Assembly (NCBI GenBank): GCA_041497895.1
Contig: JBGQHJ010000003.1
Coordinates: 13,012 to 77,011 of the forward strand
Direction: 5' to 3'
Source: Candidatus Methylomirabilia bacterium
GTDB taxonomy: Bacteria; Methylomirabilota; Methylomirabilia; Rokubacteriales; CSP1-6
Length of the DNA stretch: 64,000 nt
Shown: in pieces, positions 54,355-63,496 of the stretch
Numbering within the stretch: position 1 is the stretch's first letter
Layout of the letters: every line of letters starts with the position of its first letter
Notes under the pieces: generated by a model
The model's database searches: none
What the model was told of the DNA's origin: nothing
What the model saw: only the letters and a program-made list of their open reading frames with translations
Program-made: the position numbers and the translations under genes

Positions 54355-56550
54355 ATGGTCGACTCGAAGACCCGGATCCGCGAAGGCCTGCCGAACCCGC
54401 TCGGCGCAACGTGGGACGGGCTCGGCGTCAACTTCGCGCTGTTCTCCGCGCACGCGACCAAGGTCGAGCTCTGCCTCTTCGACGCCACCGGCGCGCGCGA
54501 GCTCGAGCGCATCGAGCTGCCCGAGTACACCGACGAGGTCTGGCACGGCTACCTGCGCGACCTGCCGGCGGGGGCGGTCTACGGGTACCGGGTGCACGGG
54601 CCCTACGAGCCCGCCGCCGGCCACCGCTTCAACCCGAACAAGCTCCTCCTCGATCCCTACGCGAAGGGTCACCTGGGCAAGCTCGCGTGGCGGCCCGAGA
54701 TCTTCGGCTACACGATCGGCCACCCGGACGAGGATCTCTCGTTCGACGAGCGGGACAGCGCCCCGTTCGTGCCGAAGTGCCGGGTGATCGATCCCGCCTT
54801 CACGTGGACGCGCGACCGGCGGCCGGGCACCGCGTGGGAGCGCACCGTCATCTACGAGGCCCACGTGAAGGGGCTGACGAAGCGCCATCCGCTGGTGCCG
54901 GAGGCGCTGCGGGGCACCTACGCGGGGCTCGCGTGGTGCGACGTGCTCGATCATCTCAAGAGCCTGGGCGTGACCGCGATCGAGCTGCTGCCGATCCACG
55001 CCTTCGTCGACGACGGCTACCTGCTCGACAAGAAGCTCACCAACTACTGGGGCTACAACACCATCGGCTTCTTCGCCCCCGAGCCCCGCTACTTCGCCAA
55101 CGGCGACGCCTCCGAGTTCAAGCAGATGGTGGCGCATCTGCACGACGCGGGGCTCGAGATCATCCTCGACGTGGTCTACAACCACACCGCGGAGGGCAAC
55201 GAGCGCGGGCCGACGCTCTCGTTCAAGGGGATCGACAACGCGTCGTACTATCGCCTGCTGCCGGAGCCGCGCCGCTACATCAACGACGCCGGCACCGGCA
55301 ACACCGTGAACCTGAGCCATCCGCGCGTGCTGCAGATGGTGACCGACAGCCTGCGCTACTGGGTCACCGAGATGCACGTCGACGGCTTCCGCTTCGACCT
55401 GGCCACCATCCTGGGCCGCGAGCCCTACGGCTTCGACCAGGGCGGCGGCTTCCTCGACTCCTGCCGGCAGGATCCGGTGCTCAACCAGGTGAAGCTGATC
55501 GCCGAGCCCTGGGACCTGGGCCCGGGCGGCTACCAGGTCGGGGCCTTCCCGCCCGGCTGGGCCGAGTGGAACGACCGCTTCCGCGACACGGTGCGCGCCT
55601 ACTGGCGGGGCGACGACGGCAAGGTCGGCGACCTCGCCTCGCGGCTCGCCGGCTCGGCGGATCTCTTCGACGAGCGCGGGCGGAAGCCATGGGCGAGCGT
55701 GAACTTCGTCACCGCCCACGACGGCTTCACCCTGAACGACCTCGTCTCCTACAACGACAAGCACAACGAGGCGAACGGCGAGGACAACCGGGACGGCAAC
55801 TCCAACAACCTCTCGTTCAATCACGGCGTGGAAGGGCCGACCGACGACCCCGCGATCCGCGCGGTACGCGAGCGGCAGAAGCGCAACCTGCTCGCCACCG
55901 TGATCCTGGCCCGCGGCACCCCGATGCTGCTGGCCGGCGACGAGTTCGGCCACACCCAGCGGGGCAACAACAATGCCTACTGCCAGGACAACGAGACGAG
56001 CTGGCTCGAGTGGCCCGGTACTGCGAGCAATGGGGGCGACGACGGCAGGGCCCTCACCGCGTTCGTGCGCAAGCTCACCTTCCTGCGCCACGCCTTCCCG
56101 ATCCTCCGGCGCGGCCGCTTCCTCACTGCCCAGTGGAACGAGGAGCTCGCCGTCAAGGACGTCACGTGGATCAACGCGGACGGCTCCGAGATGGGGCAGC
56201 CCCAGTGGCAGGATCCGCACATGCGCTGCTTCGGGATGCTGCTCGACGGGCGCGGGCAGGAGAGCGGGATCAAGCGGCAGGCGGGCGACGCGAGCCTGCT
56301 CCTGGTCATGAACGCGTACCACGACGTGGTGAAGTTCACGCTGCCCGCGCTCGTCGGCGGCTCGCGCTGGCTCTGCATGCTCGACACCAATCAGCCGGAG
56401 CGCTCCGACACCCCCGCTTTCGACGTGAGCCAGACCTACGACGTGACCGCGCGCTCCTTCCTGCTCTTCGCCGGCCTCACCGTGGGCAATGCCGGCCGCG
56501 CCGTCCAGCGCATCGCCCTGGAATTCGCCGCCCGCTCCGCCCGCGACTAG
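54355..56550 (+). CDS. glgX: glycogen debranching enzyme GlgX (GH13)
   Basis: PLGATWDGLGVNFALFS, YWGYN, DVVYNHT, GFRFDLA, AEPWD, FVTAHDGFTL. Confidence 0.9.
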   Translation: MVDSKTRIREGLPNPLGATWDGLGVNFALFSAHATKVELCLFDATGARELERIELPEYTDEVWHGYLRDLPAGAVYGYRVHGPYEPAAGHRFNPNKLLLDPYAKGHLGKLAWRPEIFGYTIGHPDEDLSFDERDSAPFVPKCRVIDPAFTWTRDRRPGTAWERTVIYEAHVKGLTKRHPLVPEALRGTYAGLAWCDVLDHLKSLGVTAIELLPIHAFVDDGYLLDKKLTNYWGYNTIGFFAPEPRYFANGDASEFKQMVAHLHDAGLEIILDVVYNHTAEGNERGPTLSFKGIDNASYYRLLPEPRRYINDAGTGNTVNLSHPRVLQMVTDSLRYWVTEMHVDGFRFDLATILGREPYGFDQGGGFLDSCRQDPVLNQVKLIAEPWDLGPGGYQVGAFPPGWAEWNDRFRDTVRAYWRGDDGKVGDLASRLAGSADLFDERGRKPWASVNFVTAHDGFTLNDLVSYNDKHNEANGEDNRDGNSNNLSFNHGVEGPTDDPAIRAVRERQKRNLLATVILARGTPMLLAGDEFGHTQRGNNNAYCQDNETSWLEWPGTASNGGDDGRALTAFVRKLTFLRHAFPILRRGRFLTAQWNEELAVKDVTWINADGSEMGQPQWQDPHMRCFGMLLDGRGQESGIKRQAGDASLLLVMNAYHDVVKFTLPALVGGSRWLCMLDTNQPERSDTPAFDVSQTYDVTARSFLLFAGLTVGNAGRAVQRIALEFAARSARD

Positions 56551-56553
56551 CTC

Positions 56554-56640
56554 GGGGTCAGGTCTTACATTCCGACATTTTTCCGCGGGCCGGCGAGTCG
56601 CCGCCGTACGAGAAAATGTCGGAATGTAAGACCTGACCCC
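56554..56640. repeat. 87-bp palindromic element, copy B (28-bp perfect stem, 31-nt loop)
   Basis: 56554-56581, GGGGTCAGGTCTTACATTCCGACATTTT, is the exact reverse complement of 56613-56640. The arm is identical to copy A over 27 nt. Confidence 0.9.
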
Positions 56641-56646
56641 TTCCCA

Positions 56647-57828
56647 TCAGAGAAACGGGCGCAGATCTATGCGGCGGCCGGTGTGGGCGGAGAGGTAGGC
56701 GCCGTAGATGACCGCGGTGACGTCGCGGGCGAGCGGGCCGTTGGAGAGGGGCTCGCGGCCGAGGGCCACGCACTCCACGAAGTCCTGCATCTCCTGGGGG
56801 TAGCCGGTGGTCCACTCCTCGTCGGGCTGGGGTGCGGTCCAGCCGGCCTTGGTCTCGATCTTCTCCACGATGTACTCGTCGCCGAACACGGACGCGTCGG
56901 GCGCGTAGGCCTGCACCACGTCGTTGGGGTTGATGTTGCAGAGCACCACCGCCTTGGCCCCGTAGATCGCCATCGAGTTGCGGATGCCGCCAAGCACGGT
57001 GTCGGCGGCCGAGATCTGGGCCACCGTGCCGTCGTCGAAGGTGATCAGCATGCTCCCCCAGTCCTCCACGTCGGCCCCCTCGACGATGTTGAGGTAGCGC
57101 GGCGCGGAGGCCCGGAACGTCGCGGTCTCGGTGAGCTGGGCGACCTCGGCCATCACCGAGACCGGCCGCACCGGCGCGCCCCGCAGCCGCCGACCCTCGT
57201 CGGCCTTCAGGTAGAGCGCGCCGCCGAGGGGATGGCAGGCCTTGCCGATCAGCGAGCCGCCGCCCCCGGTCACCCAGTGCTTGTTGACCGGCGCGTGCGT
57301 GCCGGAGTGACTCTCCTCGCCGATCATCCGCAAGATGGGACCCCCGGAGGCCGCGAGCAGCCGCCGCGCCTTCTGGATGGGCGGCGCGTACACCCAGTTC
57401 TCGGCGTAGCAGAGCCGAACACCCGCGGCGGCGACCGCGGCCAGCACCTGGTCGGCGGCGGCGAGCGCCGAGCGCAGCATCTCCTCCCGCGGCGTGCTCG
57501 GCGGCCCGAAGAAACCGGTGAGCGGCTTCTCCACGATCACGTGCTTGCCCGCCCGCGCGGCCTCGATCGCCATCGGGGCGTGGTGGTGCGGCGGCACGCA
57601 GAGATCGACCAGGTCCACGCCGGGATCTGCGAGCACCGCGCGGAAGTCGGCCACCACGCGCGCCACCCCGAACTGCCGCGCGTAGGCCTGCGCCCGCTCG
57701 GGCCGCGTGGCGGTGACGCACGCGAGCTCGACGTCCACCCCGCGCACGTGACGGTACGACTCGCCGTGGATGTGGGCCACGAAGCCCGCGCCCACGATGC
57801 CCACCCGCACTCTCGGCCGCGTCGCCAT
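56647..57828 (-). CDS. Gfo/Idh/MocA family oxidoreductase
   Basis: Internal Met (MATRPRVRVGIVGAGFVA) with GGAGGGAGGG RBS. VIVEKPL. Confidence 0.85.
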   Translation of the reverse strand: MATRPRVRVGIVGAGFVAHIHGESYRHVRGVDVELACVTATRPERAQAYARQFGVARVVADFRAVLADPGVDLVDLCVPPHHHAPMAIEAARAGKHVIVEKPLTGFFGPPSTPREEMLRSALAAADQVLAAVAAAGVRLCYAENWVYAPPIQKARRLLAASGGPILRMIGEESHSGTHAPVNKHWVTGGGGSLIGKACHPLGGALYLKADEGRRLRGAPVRPVSVMAEVAQLTETATFRASAPRYLNIVEGADVEDWGSMLITFDDGTVAQISAADTVLGGIRNSMAIYGAKAVVLCNINPNDVVQAYAPDASVFGDEYIVEKIETKAGWTAPQPDEEWTTGYPQEMQDFVECVALGREPLSNGPLARDVTAVIYGAYLSAHTGRRIDLRPFL

Positions 57829-57857
57829 CCCACCCTCCCTCCGTCCCGTGGACCCGG

Positions 57858-59063
57858 TCAGCGCGCCCGCAGCCGCCACCAGCCCAGCAGCAGGGCCACC
57901 CCGCCAAGCCCGATCGTGCCGTTGGTGGCGAGCGCGCGCTGCACGCCCCAGCGCTCGGACATCGCGCCGACCAGGAACGCGCCGATCGGGAAGACCCCGC
58001 CCCACACCAGCGTGTAGATGCTCATCACCCGGCCCCGCAGCGCGTCGGTCGAGGCGAGCTGCATGATGGTGTTGCAGCCGACCACCGCGATGACCCCGAA
58101 GAAGCCGGTGAGGAACAGCATCGCGATCGCGGGCCAGAACGAGCGAGCCGTCGAGAGCCCGAGCAGCCCGCCGCAGGCGAGCGCGGCGGCCGTGAACATC
58201 AGCGGACGCGGCGGCCGTGGCCCCGCCATCCCGAGCGAGAGCGCGCCCGAGACCGCCCCGACCCCGAGCGAGGCCATCAGGAACCCGAATCCCTCCGCGC
58301 CGAGGCCCAGCACGGTCCGGACCACGAGCGGCACGTAGACCGTGAAGTTGAAGACGCAGAAGCTCACCATGAAGCAGAGACCGAGCGACAGCATCATCTC
58401 CGGCTTGCGCCACACGTAGCGGAGCCCGGTCAGGATCTCCTGACCCACGCCCGCGCCCGAGCCCGGCTGGGGGAGCCCGCGCGTCCGCAGGCTGGCCATC
58501 ATCGCGATCGCGATCACGAAGCCCACGCTGTTGGCCACGAAGGCGGGGGCGATCCCGTAGCGGGCGATGACCAGGCCGCCGATACTCGGCCCGACGATGC
58601 GCGCGCTGTTGAAACACGCCGAGTTGAGCGAGATCGCGCTGCTCACGTCCGAGCGGCCGACCATCTCCGCGACCAGCGACTGGCGGGCGGGACTGTCGAG
58701 CACGTTGGCCAACCCCACCCCGGTGGCGAGCACCGCCACGTGCCAGTACTCCACGTGCCCCGCGTAGACGAGGGCGCCCAGCAGCAGGGCCTGGCCGCCC
58801 AGCACCGACTGGGTGACGATGAGGAGCCGCTTCTTGGGCAGGCGATCGGCGAGGGCGCCCGACACGATCGAGAAGAGCAGAATCGGCCCGAACTGGAGCG
58901 TGCCGATCAGACCCAGCTTGAGCGGCGAGTCGGTGAGCTGCAGCACGAGCCACGACTGGGCCACCGTCTGCATCCAGGAGCCGATCTGGGCCACCAGCTG
59001 CGCGGCGAAGAACCGCCGAAAATCGGCATGGCGGAACGCGCGGAGCCCGGTGGGCAGCGCCAT
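57858..59063 (-). CDS. MFS transporter
   Basis: 401 aa, about 12 TM. GALADRLPKKRLL loop motif. Confidence 0.85.
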   Translation of the reverse strand: MALPTGLRAFRHADFRRFFAAQLVAQIGSWMQTVAQSWLVLQLTDSPLKLGLIGTLQFGPILLFSIVSGALADRLPKKRLLIVTQSVLGGQALLLGALVYAGHVEYWHVAVLATGVGLANVLDSPARQSLVAEMVGRSDVSSAISLNSACFNSARIVGPSIGGLVIARYGIAPAFVANSVGFVIAIAMMASLRTRGLPQPGSGAGVGQEILTGLRYVWRKPEMMLSLGLCFMVSFCVFNFTVYVPLVVRTVLGLGAEGFGFLMASLGVGAVSGALSLGMAGPRPPRPLMFTAAALACGGLLGLSTARSFWPAIAMLFLTGFFGVIAVVGCNTIMQLASTDALRGRVMSIYTLVWGGVFPIGAFLVGAMSERWGVQRALATNGTIGLGGVALLLGWWRLRAR

Positions 59064-59073
59064 CGGCGGCCGA

Positions 59074-60009
59074 TCAGCCGCCGACCACGCCCTGGGTGTT
59101 GACGAAGATCGAGTAGAGCGATTGGCTCGCGGCGAGGAAGAGCCGGTTGCGCCGCAGGCCCCCGAAGCAGAGGTTGGCGCAGCGCTCGGGGAGCAGGATC
59201 CGGCCGATCACCCGGCCGTCCGGGTTGTAGATTGCGACACCGTCGAGCCCCTCGCCCCCGCCCCAGCCGCACCAGAGGTTGCCGTCGGTGTCGCAGCGCA
59301 TGCCGTCCGGGATGCCCGCCCCCGCGTTGATGAAGACGCGGCCGTTGGCGAGCGCGGTGCCGCCCGCCACCACGTCGAAGACGCGGATCTCGCGCGGCAT
59401 CGACCCCGACACCACCACGTAGAGCCGGCTCTCGTCGGGCGAGAAGCAGAGGCCGTTGGGCCGCGGGACGTCGCCGGTGACCACGGTGGCCTGGCCGGTC
59501 CGGGGATCCAGGCGGTAGACGTTGGTGGGCAGCTCGACCGGGGCCACGTGGCCCTCGTAGTTGCCGAGGATGCCGAAGGGCGGGTCGGTGAACCACACGC
59601 TGTCGTCGGACTTCACGACCACGTCGTTCGGCGAGTTGAGCCGCTTGTTCTCGAAGCGGTCCATCAGCACCGTGACCGTCCCGTCGTACTCGGTGCGGGT
59701 CACCCGCCGGCTGTCGTGCTCGCAGGTGACGAGCCGACCCTGGCGGTCGCGGGTGTTGCCGTTCGAGTGGTTCGACGGCTTGCGGAAGACGGAGATCGCC
59801 CCGCTCTCCTCGTCCCATCGCATCATCCGGTTGTTGGGGATGTCGCTCCAGAGCACGTAGCGTCCGTCGCCGAACCACACCGGTCCCTCGGCCCAGCGGA
59901 AGCCGGTGGCCAGGCGCTCCACCGCCGCGTTGAAGATGCGGTACTTGGCGAAGCTGTCGTCGAGGATCTGGAAGGCGGGATCGGGATAGCGCACGGGCGT
60001 GGTCGACAT
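59074..60009 (-). CDS. SMP-30/gluconolactonase/LRE family protein
   Basis: AEGPVW, LWSDIPNN, NSPNDVVV, PNGL.FSPDE, PDGMRCD. Confidence 0.85.
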   Translation of the reverse strand: MSTTPVRYPDPAFQILDDSFAKYRIFNAAVERLATGFRWAEGPVWFGDGRYVLWSDIPNNRMMRWDEESGAISVFRKPSNHSNGNTRDRQGRLVTCEHDSRRVTRTEYDGTVTVLMDRFENKRLNSPNDVVVKSDDSVWFTDPPFGILGNYEGHVAPVELPTNVYRLDPRTGQATVVTGDVPRPNGLCFSPDESRLYVVVSGSMPREIRVFDVVAGGTALANGRVFINAGAGIPDGMRCDTDGNLWCGWGGGEGLDGVAIYNPDGRVIGRILLPERCANLCFGGLRRNRLFLAASQSLYSIFVNTQGVVGG

Positions 60010-60055
60010 GGCCCCCGGATGGTCGCCACTCCGGCGTGGGAAGTCAATCCCCTTG

Positions 60056-60064
60056 TGCTACAGT
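60056..60064 (+). promoter_or_regulatory. putative extended -10 TGcTACAGT, 9 nt upstream of ATG 60074
   Basis: ttgTGcTACAGTcacgcgtcgATG with no SD. Confidence 0.35.
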
Positions 60065-60073
60065 CACGCGTCG

Positions 60074-60712
60074 ATGAGCAAGCCCGCGGTGCGGCATCTC
60101 GCGAAGGTGGACCCGACGATGCGCGCGCTCATCCGCCGCGTCGGCCCCTGCGGCCTCGCGATCCGCAACCAGCAGCCGTTCGAGACCCTGGTCCGCGCCG
60201 TCGCACACCAGCAGATCCACGGCCGCGCCGCGGAGGCCATCCTGGGCCGCTTCATCGCGCTGTTCCCGGGCCGGGGCTTCCCCAAGCCGGCCGCGGTCGC
60301 GGCGATGCCCGCGGCGAAGATGCGGCGCGCCGGGTTCTCGCGGGGGAAGATCCGCGCCATCAAGCACATCGCCCGCAAGGCCCGCGACGGCCGCGTGCCC
60401 ACCCGGCGGGCCTGCCACGCGCTCACCGACGAGATCCTGATCGAGCGGCTGACCGAGCTGCACGGGGTCGGCCAGTGGACGGTGGAGATGCTGCTGATCT
60501 TCACGCTGGGCCGGCCCGACGTGCTACCGGTGGACGACTTCGGGGTCCGCGAGGGCTTCAAGATCGCCTACCGCCGGCGCAAGCAGCCCACCCCCAAGCA
60601 GCTCCGGCGTTACGGCGTCAGATGGAGCCCGTATCGGTCGATCGCGGCCTGGTACCTCTGGCGCGCGGCCGAGAAGGCGCTGCACCGCAAGATCGAGCCC
60701 GCGGTCACCTAA
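60074..60712 (+). CDS. DNA-3-methyladenine glycosylase II-like HhH-GPD base-excision enzyme
   Basis: FETLVRAVAHQQI, L..L.GVGQWTVEMLLIF.LGRPDVLPVDD.GV. Confidence 0.8.
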   Translation: MSKPAVRHLAKVDPTMRALIRRVGPCGLAIRNQQPFETLVRAVAHQQIHGRAAEAILGRFIALFPGRGFPKPAAVAAMPAAKMRRAGFSRGKIRAIKHIARKARDGRVPTRRACHALTDEILIERLTELHGVGQWTVEMLLIFTLGRPDVLPVDDFGVREGFKIAYRRRKQPTPKQLRRYGVRWSPYRSIAAWYLWRAAEKALHRKIEPAVT

Positions 60713-60719
60713 CCGAGGG

Positions 60720-61961
60720 TCACCTGGCCGGCGGGCGCGCCCCCATCTGCTCCGGGCTCATGCCGTAGAAGCTCCGGGCGTTAGCGCCCGACCCGGGCCA
60801 CGGGTGCGCGCGCAGGACCTCCTCGTTGATGTCGGCGCCCCAGCCCGGGCCCTCCGGCAGGAAGATGTGGCCGTCCTTCACCACCGGCGGCTTCGTCACC
60901 AGCTCGCCCTTCCACGCCACGTCGTCGATGTCGATCTCCATGATGCGCACGTTGGGCAGCACCGCGCAGAGGTGGAGCGAGTGGAGATCGGCCAGGTGGC
61001 TGTAGTAATTGTGGGGCGCGATGTTGATCTCGTAGGCCTCGGCCATGTGCCCGATCTGCACCGCCTGCGAGAACCCGTTCCACGGCACGTCGATGATGGC
61101 CACGTCGACCGCGTGCAGCTCCAGGAACGGCCGGTACTGGCGCGTCGTCACCAGGCTCTCGAGCGAGGCGAGACGGGTGGACGTCGACTGCTTGATCTGC
61201 AGCAGCGCCTGCGGGTCCCAGTTGTCGTACTCCACCCACTGCATGTCGAACTTCTCGAGCAGCTTGGCGATGCGCAGCACGCCCTCGGTGCGGAAGTTGT
61301 AGTTCAGGTCGAGGCAGAGGCCGACCTTCGGGCCCACCGCGTCGCGGAAGGTGCCGATGAGCCGCTCGATCGCGTCCAGGATCTCCACGGTGGGCGCGCC
61401 GTCGGTGGTGTTGATGCCGCTGCCGAACCCGGGAAAGTACACGGTGGCCGGGTCGCCCGGGATCACCATGTTGGTCTTGAGCGCGGTGAACCCGCGCGCC
61501 ACCACCTCGCGGCCGAGCGCCGCGATGTCGTCGTAGCTGCGGAGCGGCGGCGTGCCCAGCACGTGGCCCATGCGCGCCCTGGTCGTCCCGCAGTGCGACC
61601 AGTAGAGGCGCATGCGGTCGCGCAGCGGCCCGCCGAAGAGCTCGTAGACCGGCACGCCGAGCGCCTTGGCCTTGATGTCCCACAGCGCCAGCTCGATGCC
61701 GGCCATTGCCTTGTGGGTCACCCCGCCCAGATTCTGCCGGGTGGCGCGGAGCATGTCCCAGTACAGCCGTTCGACCGGCCGCGGGTCCTGGCCGACGAGC
61801 AGCGGGGTCAGGTCGCGCACCGCGCCCGCGATGCCGTGCGGGCTCCGGTTGTCGCTGCATTCGCCCCAGCCCACGAGCCCGTCGTCGGTCTCGACACGGA
61901 CGAAGGTCCAGGGCCGCCAGCCGCCGTCACAGTGAAGCGCCTCGATGCGTGCGATCTTCAT
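60720..61961 (-). CDS. enolase-superfamily enzyme (mandelate racemase/muconate lactonizing family, sugar-acid dehydratase-like)
   Basis: MKIARIE start, GWGEC, ELALWDIKAKALGVPVYELFGG, LDLNY, WVEYD. Confidence 0.8.
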   Translation of the reverse strand: MKIARIEALHCDGGWRPWTFVRVETDDGLVGWGECSDNRSPHGIAGAVRDLTPLLVGQDPRPVERLYWDMLRATRQNLGGVTHKAMAGIELALWDIKAKALGVPVYELFGGPLRDRMRLYWSHCGTTRARMGHVLGTPPLRSYDDIAALGREVVARGFTALKTNMVIPGDPATVYFPGFGSGINTTDGAPTVEILDAIERLIGTFRDAVGPKVGLCLDLNYNFRTEGVLRIAKLLEKFDMQWVEYDNWDPQALLQIKQSTSTRLASLESLVTTRQYRPFLELHAVDVAIIDVPWNGFSQAVQIGHMAEAYEINIAPHNYYSHLADLHSLHLCAVLPNVRIMEIDIDDVAWKGELVTKPPVVKDGHIFLPEGPGWGADINEEVLRAHPWPGSGANARSFYGMSPEQMGARPPAR

Positions 61962-62016
61962 GGCGAGAGACGATGCCACACCCGGCCGGCGCGGACAAGG
62001 CGCATCGGGACGAGGG

Positions 62017-62811
62017 TTACGGCCAGGCGGCGGTGCCGCGCCGGAACTGCTCGAGGGTGAGGAGCCGGATCCGCGGGTCGGCGGCCGCGGTGGCCCGCGC
62101 GGCCTCGGTGTTGTAGCCCCACGCGGCCAGGAACAGGGCCACGTCGCCGAGGTCGGGATGGGTCGTCACGTGCTGGAGCGTCTCGAGCCGGTCCTCGACG
62201 AACGCCAGGCGCGGCCGCCGCCCGTGGGCCGCGCCCCACGCGTCGATGAGCCCGCGCAGGTTCAGGCACTTGTGCTCGCCGGTCTCCTTGCCCTGCACGT
62301 CCGCGAGCCGCACGTCCCACCGGTCGAGGATGAGGCGCGCGAACTCGCCCTCCTTGGTGGTGACGAGCACCGCGCGCGCCGGCTCCGCGACGAGCCGCCG
62401 CAGGTCATCGAGCGTCCCATAGGGCGCGTGCAGGTCGAGCCAGCCGGCCGCGTCCCGGGTGATCCACTCGCGTCGCACCCGGTCCAAGATGTGCCCGATC
62501 AGCTCGATCAGCGCGGAACCGGGGCCAGGCCCGTCCGCGACGACCTGCTCGCGCACCAGATCCCAGCCGCCCAGGATCTCGGCCCGCGTCCGGCCGCGCG
62601 CGATCGCGCGCAGGAGCACCGGCATCTCCCAGCCGCTGTGGATCACCGGGCGCAGCGCCGCGAACGCGGCGAGGTGGTCGCCGGCCGGCATCGGCTCCGC
62701 GGCCCACACGTGGGCGTGGGTGCGCCGGCTCGTCTCGAAGTACTCGCGCATGCCGTCGCAGCAGACGCCGTCGAAGTCCAGCGCCAGGATGTCGGGGTCG
62801 GGGACCATCAC
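62017..62811 (-). CDS. HAD-superfamily hydrolase-like protein
   Basis: N-terminal LALDFDGV (DxDG) motif and VTTKEG (the motif II/III region is weak). Confidence 0.6.
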   Translation of the reverse strand: MMVPDPDILALDFDGVCCDGMREYFETSRRTHAHVWAAEPMPAGDHLAAFAALRPVIHSGWEMPVLLRAIARGRTRAEILGGWDLVREQVVADGPGPGSALIELIGHILDRVRREWITRDAAGWLDLHAPYGTLDDLRRLVAEPARAVLVTTKEGEFARLILDRWDVRLADVQGKETGEHKCLNLRGLIDAWGAAHGRRPRLAFVEDRLETLQHVTTHPDLGDVALFLAAWGYNTEAARATAAADPRIRLLTLEQFRRGTAAWP

Positions 62812-62926
62812 GGCCCGACACCGGGGTGACGTCGTCGGGACGCGACGAGCGACCGACGATCGCCGTAACCGGCGGACTTTTCAGCCATCGGAGGCTGGCG
62901 TAGCTCTTGCTCGATACGAAGGTGCC

Positions 62927-63496
62927 ATGAGCTCACCGGAGCGCAGGATTCGCGCGGTCCCGCCACCTCACGCGGCAGAATCCGCCGACGTATCGGCGAG
63001 GCTCGCGCGCCTCGAGGCCGAAGCGGCCGAGCTGCGCGCTGGGGTGGCCATGCTGCAGGACGACCTGCGCTGGCTCGCGGGCGTCGACGACGACGCGGAG
63101 GAGGAGCCCGGCTTCCTCTCGCGGGGCTGGCTCGCCGCCGGGTGGGTGCGGGCCTCCCTGGTCCTGGCCTCGGTCGGCATCGTCTCCCTCGCGTCGGTCC
63201 CGTATCTCTCGCACCTGCTCGATCCCTCCCGCGCTCCCGATCCCCTCCCGGTCGCCGCCGCCGAATCCGCGCCCGCGGTGGCTCCGCCGCGTCCCGTGTC
63301 GCGCTCCGCGCCGCGAGAAGAATACATCCCGGTCCCGATGCACGTGCACTCGACCGAGATCCCCGCGCCAGCCCGCGTGAGCCGCGACGTGCCGCCGCCC
63401 GCCCGGCCCGCGATCGCGCGAGAGCGCTCCCACCTCCTCCGGCCGCCGGCCGGCGGGGCGGACGCTCCGGCGCCGGTGCGCGGCGAGAGCCCCTAG
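62927..63496 (+). CDS. hypothetical single-pass membrane protein (coiled-coil N-terminus, Pro-rich C-terminus)
   Basis: Internal ATG in ORF 62459..63496. ARLARLEAEAAELRAGVAMLQDDL, then the TM helix WVRASLVLASVGIVSLASV. Confidence 0.45.
   Translation: MSSPERRIRAVPPPHAAESADVSARLARLEAEAAELRAGVAMLQDDLRWLAGVDDDAEEEPGFLSRGWLAAGWVRASLVLASVGIVSLASVPYLSHLLDPSRAPDPLPVAAAESAPAVAPPRPVSRSAPREEYIPVPMHVHSTEIPAPARVSRDVPPPARPAIARERSHLLRPPAGGADAPAPVRGESP

Noticed and set aside
54175-56322. 715-aa minus-strand ORF and the 776-aa +2-frame ORF (54306..56636) across glgX
   Set aside because: GlgX GH13 motifs identify the 54355..56550 frame as the real gene. The others are frame artefacts, and one ends inside the palindromic repeat (..MSECKT).
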